Source: a bacterium (GTDB lineage Bacteria > Planctomycetota > JAFGQW01). From it: a stretch of 64,000 nt of DNA. Below the pieces are notes generated by a model. It worked only from the letters and a program-made list of their open reading frames with translations. It did no database searches and had not been told where the DNA came from. This document shows positions 28,277-37,536 of this stretch, piece by piece (the first letter of the stretch is position 1; every line of letters starts with the position of its first letter). The position numbers and the translations under genes are program-made. The DNA is taken from the NCBI GenBank assembly GCA_030426805.1, contig JAUHXU010000006.1, forward strand, positions 199,716 through 263,715. The letters are read 5' to 3'.

Positions 28277-29062
28277 ATGAAGAAGCGAATCGTGTTGGCC
28301 CTCGCCGTCGGGCTCGGCCTGTCGGGTATCGCGAGCGCGCAGAACAAGGGGATCCTGTCGGTCGAGGCGCCGTCGCCGGTGCCGCTCGGCAGCACGGTCA
28401 CGCTTCGGATCGAAGCAACTGCACCGATGACGCTGCGCATTGCGTGCGTCGAAGAGGTGCGTGAGGGCAGCCCGACCGGCCCGGTCGTCTATCGGTCGAC
28501 GTTCTGCATCGGTCTGCTCGTGATCGTGGGTCCGGGCGGCGCGTACAACAACATGGCGTGGCCGGGCACGGCGAACCAGCCGAACCAGACGATCAAGGCG
28601 AACACGACCTACTACATCAAGATCATGGGGCGCGACGCCAATACGAGCAACGCGTTCTCGGAGCGGTGGGTCCCGGTCCGCGTGGATCCGGTCTCCGGCC
28701 CGACCGCGCCGGTGTTGAAGGCGGGTGCGGTGACCCGCGGTGCGACCGTGCCGCTCGGCATCAGTGATCCGCTGAACCCGACCGCGCCGTACTGGATCGC
28801 CGCGTCGCTCGGCACCAACACCGGGCAGAACCTCGGTGCGATCGGCCACCTCGCGCTCGACTTCGATCCGCTGTTCATCGCGACGCTGAACAACCTCACC
28901 GGCCTGACGACGGGCTTCCAGGGCACGTTGTCCGGCGGCAGCGCGTCGGCGTCGATGATGATCCCGAACATCCCGGCCCTCCAGGGCGCCCAGGTCGCGT
29001 TCCAGGCGGCGACGACCGCGAGCCTCTCGCTGAGCAACCCGATCCAGAAGGTGATCGGCTGA
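28277..29062 (+). CDS. Secreted hypothetical protein, paralog family A copy 3 (tandem duplicate)
   Basis: RBS AGGAAAAGGAAG precedes the ATG at 28277. Signal peptide. Near-colinear similarity to copy 2 (ACVEEVREGSPTGPVVY, YWIAASLGTNTGQNLG, LALDFDPLF, GFQGTLSGGSASAS). Confidence 0.75.
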   Translation: MKKRIVLALAVGLGLSGIASAQNKGILSVEAPSPVPLGSTVTLRIEATAPMTLRIACVEEVREGSPTGPVVYRSTFCIGLLVIVGPGGAYNNMAWPGTANQPNQTIKANTTYYIKIMGRDANTSNAFSERWVPVRVDPVSGPTAPVLKAGAVTRGATVPLGISDPLNPTAPYWIAASLGTNTGQNLGAIGHLALDFDPLFIATLNNLTGLTTGFQGTLSGGSASASMMIPNIPALQGAQVAFQAATTASLSLSNPIQKVIG

Positions 29063-29099
29063 TCGAGTCTCGCTGCGGGTTGCCTCGGCGACCCGTGAC

Positions 29100-29144
29100 G
29101 GCCCCCGTCGGATGAAGCGTCCGGCGGGGGCCGTTCGCGTTTCC
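29100..29144 (+). terminator. Putative intrinsic terminator hairpin after family A copy 3
   Basis: GGCCCCCG-N17-CGGGGGCC stem-loop followed by GTTCGCGTTTCC. Confidence 0.4.
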
Positions 29145-29226
29145 GGGCCCGGAGAATCCGTGCAGACGCCCCGTCGAATCGGTATCCTCGTCGCCTCGTG
29201 ACGCGACGACGGAGGAGACGGATTCG

Positions 29227-31377
29227 GTGAACACACGAGCGGCGCCGCGACGGACGACCTGGGTCGCGGCCGCACTGATCATCGCGTGCGGCGTCGCCGC
29301 CTACCACGCGGTTCTGCCGTATCCGTTCATCTACGACGACGAGCCGGCGATCCAGCAGAACCAGCACATCCGCTCGCTGTTCGATCCGCCGTCCGCGCTT
29401 CGCGCGCCGCCGTTCTCGCCCCCGGACGGGCGGCCGCTCGTCGCCGTGTCGCTCGCGCTCAACTACGCGGTGGGAGGCCTCGCTCCGGCCGGGTATCGCG
29501 CGGTCAACGTGCTGATCCACCTGCTCGCGGCGCTCGTCCTGTTCGGCATCGTCCGTCGGACGCTCCGTCGACCGGCCCTGGAGCCGACGTTCGGCGCTGC
29601 CGCGGACGCGCTCGCCGCGCTGGTCGCGATGATGTGGGTCGCCCACCCGCTTCAGCCCGAGTCGGTGACCTACGTGTCGCAGCGTACGGCATCCCTCGCG
29701 GGGCTGCTCTACCTGTGCACGCTCTACTGCGTCATCCGAAGCCAGGATGCACCGCGTCGGCGACTCTGGGCCTCGCTCGCGGTCGCGTCCTGTGCGCTCG
29801 GCCTGTTGAGCAAGGAGATCGTCGCGACGGCGCCCGTCGTCGTGATGCTCTACATCTGGGCGTTCGCGGACGGCTCGCGCGTCGCGGCCCTGCGGCGCAA
29901 CGCGGGCCTGCTGCTCGCACTGTTCGCGATGTGGGCGATCCCGATCTACCTGTTGGGGCCGTGGAGCCCCTACGCGCAACGCGTGGTCTTCTCCGGGACG
30001 ACGCCACCGCCGCCCGAGCACGCCCCGCAAGGGTCGGCTGCGTTCAACTACGCGCTCAACCAGTGCTGGGTGCTCGTCGACTACGCGTGGCACGCGGTCT
30101 GGCCGGCGAATCTCGTCATCGACTACGGCTTCCCGAAGCAACTCGGCATCGGCGACGTGTGGCTCGCCGGCGTACTCGTCGTGGGCGCGGTGATCGGCAC
30201 GCTCGTGCTGTTCGCGATCCGGCCGGCGATCGGGTTTCCGCTCCTCGCCGCGCTGATGATCCTCGCGCCGACGTCGAGCGTCGTGCCGATCTACACCGAG
30301 GTCGGTGCCGAGCGGCGGATGTACCTGCCCGTGGCCGGGATCCTCGCGATGATCGTGATCGGCGGCTTTGCGCTTCTGCGCAAGGGGCAGTCCGACGTGC
30401 GCCGCGTCGCGGCGGGACTCGCGGTCGTGGCGGTCGTCGCGCTGGTCGTGCGCACGGTGGTCCGCAACCGGGACTTCTCGAGCGCGGTCGCCTGCTGGAC
30501 GTCCGCGGTGGAGGCGACGCCGGACAACTACCGCGCGCACCTGAACCTCGGCGCGGCGCACCTGTTCGCTTCGATGAGTGCGCGCGGTCCGGCGTTGGTC
30601 GAGCATCGCACGCAGGCCGAAGCGGCGTTGAAGCACACCCTCGAGGTGCGGTCGAGCACGACCGAGGCCGCGGCGAACCTCGGGTTCCTGCTGAAGTCCC
30701 AGGGGCGAATCGACGAAGCGATTCGCTACTACGAGATGGCGACGAAGGACCGGCCGCGCGCGATGATCGACGCGGACCTGTGCGGGCTCTACACGCAGCG
30801 CGGGCGCCTCGACGACGCGCGCCGGGTCGGTTCGCGCGCACTGGAGGCGGAGCCGAACAACCCCACGGCGCTCGTCAACGTCGGCGTGCTCGTCGGCATG
30901 GAGGGCGACGGCATCGACGCGCTTCCCTACTTCCGCAAGGCGATCGCCGCGAAGCCGGACTACGCGCCGGCGCACGCGAACCTCGGGATGGTCTTGTCGC
31001 GCAAGGGATACCTCGACGCGGCCCGGATGCACCTCGAGCGCGGGCTGCAGCACAATGTGCACGTCGTGCGCGAACTCGCCTGGCTGCTCGCGACGCATCC
31101 CGATCCATCGAAGCGGGATCCGCGGCGGGCGCTCGAACTCGCCGCGCATGCGGTGACGGTCATCGGCCATCCGGACATGGGCGCGCTCGACGCGCTCGCG
31201 GCCGCGCACGCGGCGGCGGGCAATTACGTCGAGGCCGTACGCGTGATCGAGTCGTCGCTCCGCCTCGCGCGACCCGGCGTCAACGAGCCGTTCGTCCGCG
31301 CGGTGCGCGAACGGCTTCGCACCTACCGCGCGTCGTCGCCGTGGGTGAGTCGCAACCTCCCGGGGCCACCGCCGTAG
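29227..31377 (+). CDS. Multi-pass membrane protein with C-terminal TPR repeats (PMT/GT39-like, TMTC-type architecture)
   Basis: About 11 predicted TM helices in the N-terminal 400 aa. TPR repeats at the C-terminus (AHLNLGAAHLF..., ANLGFLLKSQGRIDEAIRYYE..., ALVNVGVL..., AHANLGMVL...). Confidence 0.7.
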   Translation: MNTRAAPRRTTWVAAALIIACGVAAYHAVLPYPFIYDDEPAIQQNQHIRSLFDPPSALRAPPFSPPDGRPLVAVSLALNYAVGGLAPAGYRAVNVLIHLLAALVLFGIVRRTLRRPALEPTFGAAADALAALVAMMWVAHPLQPESVTYVSQRTASLAGLLYLCTLYCVIRSQDAPRRRLWASLAVASCALGLLSKEIVATAPVVVMLYIWAFADGSRVAALRRNAGLLLALFAMWAIPIYLLGPWSPYAQRVVFSGTTPPPPEHAPQGSAAFNYALNQCWVLVDYAWHAVWPANLVIDYGFPKQLGIGDVWLAGVLVVGAVIGTLVLFAIRPAIGFPLLAALMILAPTSSVVPIYTEVGAERRMYLPVAGILAMIVIGGFALLRKGQSDVRRVAAGLAVVAVVALVVRTVVRNRDFSSAVACWTSAVEATPDNYRAHLNLGAAHLFASMSARGPALVEHRTQAEAALKHTLEVRSSTTEAAANLGFLLKSQGRIDEAIRYYEMATKDRPRAMIDADLCGLYTQRGRLDDARRVGSRALEAEPNNPTALVNVGVLVGMEGDGIDALPYFRKAIAAKPDYAPAHANLGMVLSRKGYLDAARMHLERGLQHNVHVVRELAWLLATHPDPSKRDPRRALELAAHAVTVIGHPDMGALDALAAAHAAAGNYVEAVRVIESSLRLARPGVNEPFVRAVRERLRTYRASSPWVSRNLPGPPP

Positions 31378-31382
31378 CGCGG

Positions 31383-31550
31383 TCAGGCGTCGGCGTCGGG
31401 CCGGTCGTCGCGCTTGCGCTTGCGGACCGCTTCGCGCAACAGGAACTCGATCTGCGCATTCAGGCTCCGCAGGTCGTGCTCGGCCCAGCGCCGGAGCTCG
31501 GCGAGGAGCTCCGGCGGCAGGCGCACGAGGAACGACTTGCGGGGCGCCAT
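31383..31550 (-). CDS. Ribbon-helix-helix (Arc/MetJ-like) small DNA-binding protein
   Basis: Start at ATG 31550 ([38 protein letters not shown]). ATGA overlap with the upstream SPFH gene stop. Confidence 0.55.
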   Translation of the reverse strand: MAPRKSFLVRLPPELLAELRRWAEHDLRSLNAQIEFLLREAVRKRKRDDRPDADA

Positions 31551-32452
31551 CAGTTGTAGAGCGACCCGGTGTTGATCACCGGCTGCGTCGCCTGCTCGGC
31601 GCACAACACGACGAGCAAGTTCGAGACCATCGTCGCGCGCCGTTCGTCGTCGAGGTCGAGGACGTTCTTCGACTGCAGCTCGGTGAGCGCCATCTCGACC
31701 ATGCCGACGGCGCCGTCGACGATCTTCTTGCGCGCGGCGATCACGGCGTCCGCCTGCTGGCGGCGAAGCATCGCGCCCGCGATTTCCGGCGCATAGGCGA
31801 GGTGACTCAGCCGCGCTTCGACGATGTCCACGCCGGCTCGTTCGAGGCGCGCGTCGAGTTCCTGCTTCAGCTCGTCCGACACCTCTTCGCGCGCGGTGCG
31901 CAGCGACACGACTTCGTCACAGTCCTCTGCGTCGTAGTGGTAGCGGCTCGCGAGCCCGCGGATCGCGGATTCGGCTTGGATGCGCACGTACTCCTCGTAG
32001 TCGTCGACGTCGAACAACGCGTGCGCCGTGTCGCGCACGATCCAGACGACGACCGCCGCGATCTCGATCGGGCTGCCGCCCTTGTCGTTCACCTTGAGCT
32101 TGTCCGAGTCGAAGTTGCGCGCACGAAGGCTGACGCGCGTCTTGATCGTGAACGGGTTCGTCCAGAAGAAGCCGTTGCGTCGGACGGTGCCGCGGTAGCG
32201 ACCGAACAGGACGAGCACGCGCGACGCGTTCGGATTGACGACGAAGAAACCGCACAGGTGGACGACAGCGGTCAGGATCAGCAGGCCCCCCAGGATGCCC
32301 CAGCCGGCCGCCGCCGCGTCGGTGCTGGCCAGCGCGGCCTCGCGGATCGTCGCGATCGCGGCCGCGACGAGGCCGAGCCAAACGCCGAACATCGGCCATC
32401 CGCCGAGAACCTCGAAGCCCCGCTCGTCCGTTTTTTCCCGTTCGCCTGTCAT
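31550..32452 (-). CDS. SPFH/band-7 (stomatin/prohibitin-like) family protein
   Basis: N-terminal TM helices followed by an SPFH domain pattern ([23 protein letters not shown]...[20 protein letters not shown]...). C-terminal coiled-coil. Confidence 0.75.
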   Translation of the reverse strand: MTGEREKTDERGFEVLGGWPMFGVWLGLVAAAIATIREAALASTDAAAAGWGILGGLLILTAVVHLCGFFVVNPNASRVLVLFGRYRGTVRRNGFFWTNPFTIKTRVSLRARNFDSDKLKVNDKGGSPIEIAAVVVWIVRDTAHALFDVDDYEEYVRIQAESAIRGLASRYHYDAEDCDEVVSLRTAREEVSDELKQELDARLERAGVDIVEARLSHLAYAPEIAGAMLRRQQADAVIAARKKIVDGAVGMVEMALTELQSKNVLDLDDERRATMVSNLLVVLCAEQATQPVINTGSLYN

Positions 32453-32550
32453 CGGCCGTTCCTTTCGTGTGGATACAGAATGATATCACCATGAAATCGT
32501 CGTGACAACATACGGCCGGACGGCGGAAGGTTGGCGCGAATCCGGATTGT

Positions 32551-35500
32551 TCAGAGGCCGCGTGGGTCGCCGTCGACGAAGCGGTCGAGTTCCGGCGTGC
32601 CCCGCCGCACGCCGGCGCGGTAGGCCGACGTCACGAGCACGGCGGGCCACAGGCGACGGCGGAGGGCGAGGCCGAAGTAGTGCGCCGCCTCGTCGCCGTT
32701 GCCCGCCAGCGCGTGCAACTCCGCGGCACGGCTCGCCGCGATCGGATCGCCGATCGCGTCGGCCGCGTCTTCGAGGCACTCGAGTGCGTTCGGACGATCA
32801 CCGGCCGCCGCGAGCGCGAGGCCGAGGAGCAGGTTTCGCACGCCCTCGCGCGTCTCGTCGGTCTGGGTCGGCAGGGCACGCGCGGTCGCGACCGAGCGGT
32901 CGCCCGCGAGGATCGCCTGGAGGGTCGTGCGAACCGCCGGCGTCGTGTCGTCCGCGCGGCCCCACGCGATCAGCAGTGCGTGGTAGCCGAGCCACCAGGC
33001 GCGCACGACGCCCGGGATCTCCGCGTCGCGCACCGATTCCCAGCGTCCTCGCGCGGCGTCCACCCAGAGGCGCGCCAAGACCAGCTCCGGCGCATCGACC
33101 GTGCCATCCAGGTCGTCGACGGCGGCGGCGAGCCCGTCGATCCCGCCGGTCTCGTGCGCGAGCCACAGGCGCACGAGCGCGCTCCGCCGCGTGGGCGCGA
33201 GTGCCGCGGCGAGCGTGCGCGCTTCGTCGTCGTCGCCGTTGGCGAAGCGGCAGAGCACGCGGAACTCCTGGCGCACATCGCCGTTGATCCCGTGCAGGCG
33301 CGAAGCGTCCTCGAAGTCGGTAGCCGCCCGGTCGACGTCGAGGCGGTTGAACCGACAGATCGCGCGGTGCACGACCGACCAGCCGCCGCGATACCCGGCG
33401 TCGATCAACTCCGCGTAGAGGCTCTCTGCGCGAGCGAAGTTGCGTGCGGCGAAGTTGAGGACCGCCAGGCCGTGGACGAACTCCGGGTCCCGGCGGATCG
33501 CGATCGCCGCGCGAAAGTCCGCGGCGGCGTCGTCGGGTGCGACGCGCATTCGCAGCTGTGCGCGGCGGGCGAGCAGGATCGCTCGCGTCGAATCGCGGAG
33601 CCGCGTCGCTGCGAGCGATCGCTCGACGAGCGCGAGGGCCGCGCGGACCTGCCGGCGTTTCATGTGCAACGAGATCAGGGCGAGCACCGCGCGGTCGGTC
33701 GGGGCGCGCTCGACGGCGCGGCCGAGATCGGCTTCGGCGTCGTCGAAACGGCGCGGATCGATCGCGAGCAATTCGCCGCGGCAGATCAGCAAGCCGACGT
33801 CGTCGGGGTGGCGCTCGATCGCTTCGTCGAGGAGCGCGAGGCCCCGTGCGCGCGTATCCGGTCGCGCGCACCACACCCGCGCGATGCCGCGGATCGCGTG
33901 GGTCGAACTCGGGACTTCCTCGCGCACCCGCTGGAAGTCGCGGAGCGCGTCGTCGAAGGCGGCGACCTCGACCGGAATGCACGAGAAGCCGCGCTGCACG
34001 TAGGCGCGCCACAACCGAGGAGCCGCATCGATCGCGATCGTGAACTGGTCGCGGGCTTCGCGCGGTTGATTGAGTCGGGCGAGTGCTTCGCCGACGAAGA
34101 ACGTGATCGCCGTCGACCGCGGCCAGCGCTTGCGCGCGGCCCGCGCCGCGTGCAGTGCCGCTTCGGCGTGGCCCGACGTGATGTGGTCGGCGATCGCGAG
34201 CGTCGCGTCGAGGCGCGTCGCCGGTTCGGCTGCGCGGATGCGGGCGCGAATCGGGGGCAGCTCGTCGGATCGGTCGAGCGCCCACAGCGCGCGGGCGCGG
34301 ATCAGGTCGGCCGCCAGCGAGGCGTCGCCTCCGTGAGCGGATGCGCGTGCGAGCGCGTCCGCCGGCCGGTCGGCGACGACGTCGTGGATCGCGCGGAGCA
34401 ACTCGACGCGCGGACGATCCGGCAGCGACGCCAGCGCTGTCGTGACGCGGTCGTCGAGCAGCGACGCACCGTCGACGTACGCGAACTCGACCGCCAGCGC
34501 ATCCTCGCAGTGGTCGAGGGTGCGCTCGACGATCGCCGCGTCGACGCGTGCGAGCGCCGGGCGCACCCGGTCGGCGGCGCCGGCCGAGTCGATCGCCTCC
34601 CGATACGTCGCGCGTGCGGCGTCGAGGTCGCCGGTCGCCTCGAAGGCCGCGCCGCGGCGCAGCAGCCGCTCGGCGAGGGCTTCGCGATCGCGGTCGCGGG
34701 CGCGGCGCTCGACGATCGCCCACGTCACGATCGCGATCACGACCGCCACGAGCACGCCGGCGGCGAGCGTCGCGACCGGGCGACGCCGTGCGCGTCGCCA
34801 CAAGCGACCGGCCGGCCCGACGCGCGATGCGACGACGGGCTCGCCGTCGCGGAATCGGATCAGGTCGTCGCGGAACGCCGCGGCGCTCGCGTAGCGAAGG
34901 CGCGGTTCCTTCTCGAGCGATCGTTGGATCACGTTCGCGAGGTCGCGCGGCAAACGCCGGTCGACGCGATCCAGCGGCGGTGGGTCGTGGTGCAGAACGC
35001 GATTGAGCGTCGTCGCCGACGTGCCCCCGTCGAATGCGAGGTGGCCGGCGAGCGCTTCGTAGAGCGTCGCTCCGAGGGCGAACACGTCGGCGCACGCCGT
35101 CGCGTCCTCGCCGGCGATGCGCTCCGGCGCGATGTAGCTCGGAGTGCCGAGCAGGTGCCCCGAAGCGGTGAGCGACTGCGACGACGCCTCGCGCGCGAGC
35201 CCGAAGTCCGCGAGGTGGGGCGCGGCGGTGCGGTCGAGCAGGATGTTCGCCGGCTTCACGTCGCGATGGATCAGCCCGTGCTCGTGCGCGACGTGCAGCG
35301 CGTCCGCCACGTCGATCCCGATCGCGACGATCGAATCGACCCAGCCGCGGATGCCGCCGGGGCTCGGCGCCGGCCCGTCGCTGCGCAGGACCCGGTGGAG
35401 CCCTTCGCGCGTGCGCTCGGGGTTCGCGCGCAAGACGCCGTGCAGTGACTCGCCGTCGATCCACTCCATCGCGAGGTAGAGGAAGCCGTCCTCGTCGCCG

Positions 35501-35934
35501 AAGGAGTGCACGCGAACGATCGCCGGATGGGTCAACCGTGCTGCGAGTGCGGCCTCGCGCTCGAACCGTTCGCGAAGCGCCGCCGTCGCCGCGTAGCCCG
35601 GCGGCAACACCTTGACCGCGACCGTGCGGTCGAGGACCGGTTGGTAGGCGCGATACACGATGCCCATGCCGCCGCGGCCGATCTCGTCGCCGATCTCGAA
35701 CTCGCCGAGTCGTCGGGGGCCGTCGGTCTGCAGCGCCGCGGGCCCCATCGGCGTCGCGGCGGGAGCGCTCGCACCCTCGAGGTCGGCGAGGACGCGTATC
35801 TCCCGCAGGACCGAGTCCGCGTGCACCGGATGCCGGCGGCGAAACGAGGTCTCGTCGAGACGGTCGTCGCCGAGCAAGTCGAGTGCCTCCTCGAGGGCGC
35901 GGAGGCGTGCGGGATCGGGCTCGGGGGTCGTCAT
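32551..35934 (-). CDS. Serine/threonine protein kinase with TM segment and extensive TPR repeats
   Basis: Hanks kinase motifs GRGGMGIVYRA, VAVK, HRDVKPANILL, DFGLA, GTPSYIAPE. TM helix (LAAGVLVAVVIAIVTWAIV). About 700 aa of TPR-like repeats follow. Confidence 0.9.
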   Translation of the reverse strand: MTTPEPDPARLRALEEALDLLGDDRLDETSFRRRHPVHADSVLREIRVLADLEGASAPAATPMGPAALQTDGPRRLGEFEIGDEIGRGGMGIVYRAYQPVLDRTVAVKVLPPGYAATAALRERFEREAALAARLTHPAIVRVHSFGDEDGFLYLAMEWIDGESLHGVLRANPERTREGLHRVLRSDGPAPSPGGIRGWVDSIVAIGIDVADALHVAHEHGLIHRDVKPANILLDRTAAPHLADFGLAREASSQSLTASGHLLGTPSYIAPERIAGEDATACADVFALGATLYEALAGHLAFDGGTSATTLNRVLHHDPPPLDRVDRRLPRDLANVIQRSLEKEPRLRYASAAAFRDDLIRFRDGEPVVASRVGPAGRLWRRARRRPVATLAAGVLVAVVIAIVTWAIVERRARDRDREALAERLLRRGAAFEATGDLDAARATYREAIDSAGAADRVRPALARVDAAIVERTLDHCEDALAVEFAYVDGASLLDDRVTTALASLPDRPRVELLRAIHDVVADRPADALARASAHGGDASLAADLIRARALWALDRSDELPPIRARIRAAEPATRLDATLAIADHITSGHAEAALHAARAARKRWPRSTAITFFVGEALARLNQPREARDQFTIAIDAAPRLWRAYVQRGFSCIPVEVAAFDDALRDFQRVREEVPSSTHAIRGIARVWCARPDTRARGLALLDEAIERHPDDVGLLICRGELLAIDPRRFDDAEADLGRAVERAPTDRAVLALISLHMKRRQVRAALALVERSLAATRLRDSTRAILLARRAQLRMRVAPDDAAADFRAAIAIRRDPEFVHGLAVLNFAARNFARAESLYAELIDAGYRGGWSVVHRAICRFNRLDVDRAATDFEDASRLHGINGDVRQEFRVLCRFANGDDDEARTLAAALAPTRRSALVRLWLAHETGGIDGLAAAVDDLDGTVDAPELVLARLWVDAARGRWESVRDAEIPGVVRAWWLGYHALLIAWGRADDTTPAVRTTLQAILAGDRSVATARALPTQTDETREGVRNLLLGLALAAAGDRPNALECLEDAADAIGDPIAASRAAELHALAGNGDEAAHYFGLALRRRLWPAVLVTSAYRAGVRRGTPELDRFVDGDPRGL

Positions 35935-36054
35935 TCGGGTTTCCGGTCGTGGGCGGTACCCTACCCGGAAACGGGTCGCTCCACCAATCCCGGTGGGCGT
36001 TCCACCGGGGGGGTGTCGAAGAAATCACGCGGCAGCGGGTAGAATGTCCCGCGC

Positions 36055-36654
36055 ATGGCGACCGATCCGCAACTCACTCAGGAGATCGTCGACGCGATTC
36101 GCGCGGGCGACCGCTCGGCGTTCGACGCGCTGTTCAACCGCGTGGGCGGCAAGGTCTACGTCTACATCTTCAACAAGCTGGGCGATCGGCTGCGGACCGT
36201 CGTCGAGCCGGAAGACGTGCTGCAGGACGTCTATGCGACCGCGTTCTCGTCGTTCGACGACTTCGTGAGTCGCGGCAGCGGGTCGACCGCACGGTGGCTG
36301 ATCGGGATCGCCCGCAATCGGATTCGTCACCTCTACGGCCACCACTTCGACCATCAGAAGCGCGATCCGCGTCGCGAAGTGCCCCTCGACGGCGGCACGT
36401 CGGCGACCGAGATCCCGCTCGCGAGCGACGAGCCGTCACCGAGTCGCGTGATCGCACGCGACGAGGAGGTGCAGCGCCTCGCGACCGCGCTCGCCGAGTT
36501 GTGCGACGAGGACCGCGCGGCGATCCTCGCCCACTTCGAGGGCGAGTCGATGGCGGTGATCGCCGAGCGCGCGGGCGTGCCGCGCACGACGATGCTCTAT
36601 CGCGTCTCCCAGGCGTTGCAGCGGCTCGGCGGCCTGGTCCGGGACGACGACTGA
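36055..36654 (+). CDS. ECF-type RNA polymerase sigma factor (sigma-70 family)
   Basis: Sigma-2 region pattern (DVLQDVYATAFSSFDDFVSRGSGSTARWLIGIARNRIRH). Sigma-4 HTH (ILAHFEGESMAVIAERAGVPRTTMLYRVSQALQRL). Divergent from the kinase gene. Confidence 0.8.
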   Translation: MATDPQLTQEIVDAIRAGDRSAFDALFNRVGGKVYVYIFNKLGDRLRTVVEPEDVLQDVYATAFSSFDDFVSRGSGSTARWLIGIARNRIRHLYGHHFDHQKRDPRREVPLDGGTSATEIPLASDEPSPSRVIARDEEVQRLATALAELCDEDRAAILAHFEGESMAVIAERAGVPRTTMLYRVSQALQRLGGLVRDDD

Positions 36655-36666
36655 GCGCGGGCTCAG
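36651..36666. terminator. Short palindrome CTGAGC-GCGG-GCTCAG between convergent genes (possible bidirectional terminator)
   Basis: Perfect 6-bp inverted repeat spanning the 8-nt gap between the ECF sigma stop and the kinase-family gene stop. Confidence 0.3.
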
Positions 36667-37490
36667 CGAGCGGCGGCCGCGAACGCGGCGAGCACCCGGC
36701 GCGGTGCGTGTTCGTCGCGGCGTCGTTTCAGTCGCTCGAGGCAGTAGCCGATCCGGGCGAGCGGGCGATTCGGTCGCAAGATCGCCGCGGTGAGCACGTC
36801 GATCTGCTCGCGGTCGCCATAGGCGTCGGCGAGGACGCGGAGGCGTGCCTCGAACTGGGCGCGATTGCGGCACGCGCGGCCCATCGATCGGAGGAACGAT
36901 GCCGTCTCGCGGCCGGCGAGTTCGACGATACGCGGCTGGCTGGTCCAGCAGATCTCGAAGTCGAAGTTGATCTGCCGGCCGTCGCCGAGCCAGACGTGTT
37001 TGAACGTGCCGTGTTCGTGCAAGAGGCGCGGTTCGCGGAGTTCGACCGCGAGGCCGTGGCGGCGCCGCCACTCCGTGCCGAAGCGCCGCAGCTCGCGGCG
37101 CACCTCGGACTCGTCGGCATCTCGGTCCGCGAGCAGGGCGTAGAGCGAGCGCCCGTCGACGAACTCCATCACGAGGCGCGAATCGTCGCACGGGTCGGCG
37201 AGCACGTCGTCCGGCAGGATCTCGAACGTGTCGAATCCGTGCGACCGCCACAACGACGCGACTTCCCGCTCGGTCTGTGCCCGCGCCGCGATCGACGTGC
37301 CGCTCTTTGCGGCGAACGTCCAATGGCCGAGTTGCACCATGCCCTGTCGCAGCGGCGTGCGCTTGCGGCCGTACCGTTTGACGACCAGCGAGCGGTCACC
37401 GACGTCGCGCACGGATATCACCTGCGCGCGATCGCCGAAGCCGTTGCGGTCGATCGTCTTCTCGGTTGCCTCGCGGTTCGCCTCACTCAT
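36663..37490 (-). CDS. Lipopolysaccharide/Kdo kinase family protein (InaA/KdkA/RfaP-like)
   Basis: Start ATG 37490 (MSEANREATEK...) with an AGGA RBS. Motifs of the Kdo/LPS kinase family (LVVKRYGRKR..., HGFDTFEILPDDVL, RLVMEFVDG, HGDFKHVWL-like HEHGTFKHVWLGD). Confidence 0.65.
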   Translation of the reverse strand: MSEANREATEKTIDRNGFGDRAQVISVRDVGDRSLVVKRYGRKRTPLRQGMVQLGHWTFAAKSGTSIAARAQTEREVASLWRSHGFDTFEILPDDVLADPCDDSRLVMEFVDGRSLYALLADRDADESEVRRELRRFGTEWRRRHGLAVELREPRLLHEHGTFKHVWLGDGRQINFDFEICWTSQPRIVELAGRETASFLRSMGRACRNRAQFEARLRVLADAYGDREQIDVLTAAILRPNRPLARIGYCLERLKRRRDEHAPRRVLAAFAAAAR

Positions 37491-37536
37491 TCCTGTAGGA
37501 TAGCCCACCCCCCGGAGTGCGCAAAGAGACGCCCCG

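Noticed and set aside
28612-31209. 865-aa minus-strand ORF
   Set aside because: It is antisense to the family A copy 3 gene and the TPR/PMT membrane protein. It has no motifs and its composition is driven by GC skew.
32798-36028. 1076-aa minus-strand ORF and the 32680..35448 plus-strand 922-aa ORF
   Set aside because: These are alternative frames of the Ser/Thr kinase-TPR gene region. Only the 32551..35934 frame carries Hanks kinase motifs.
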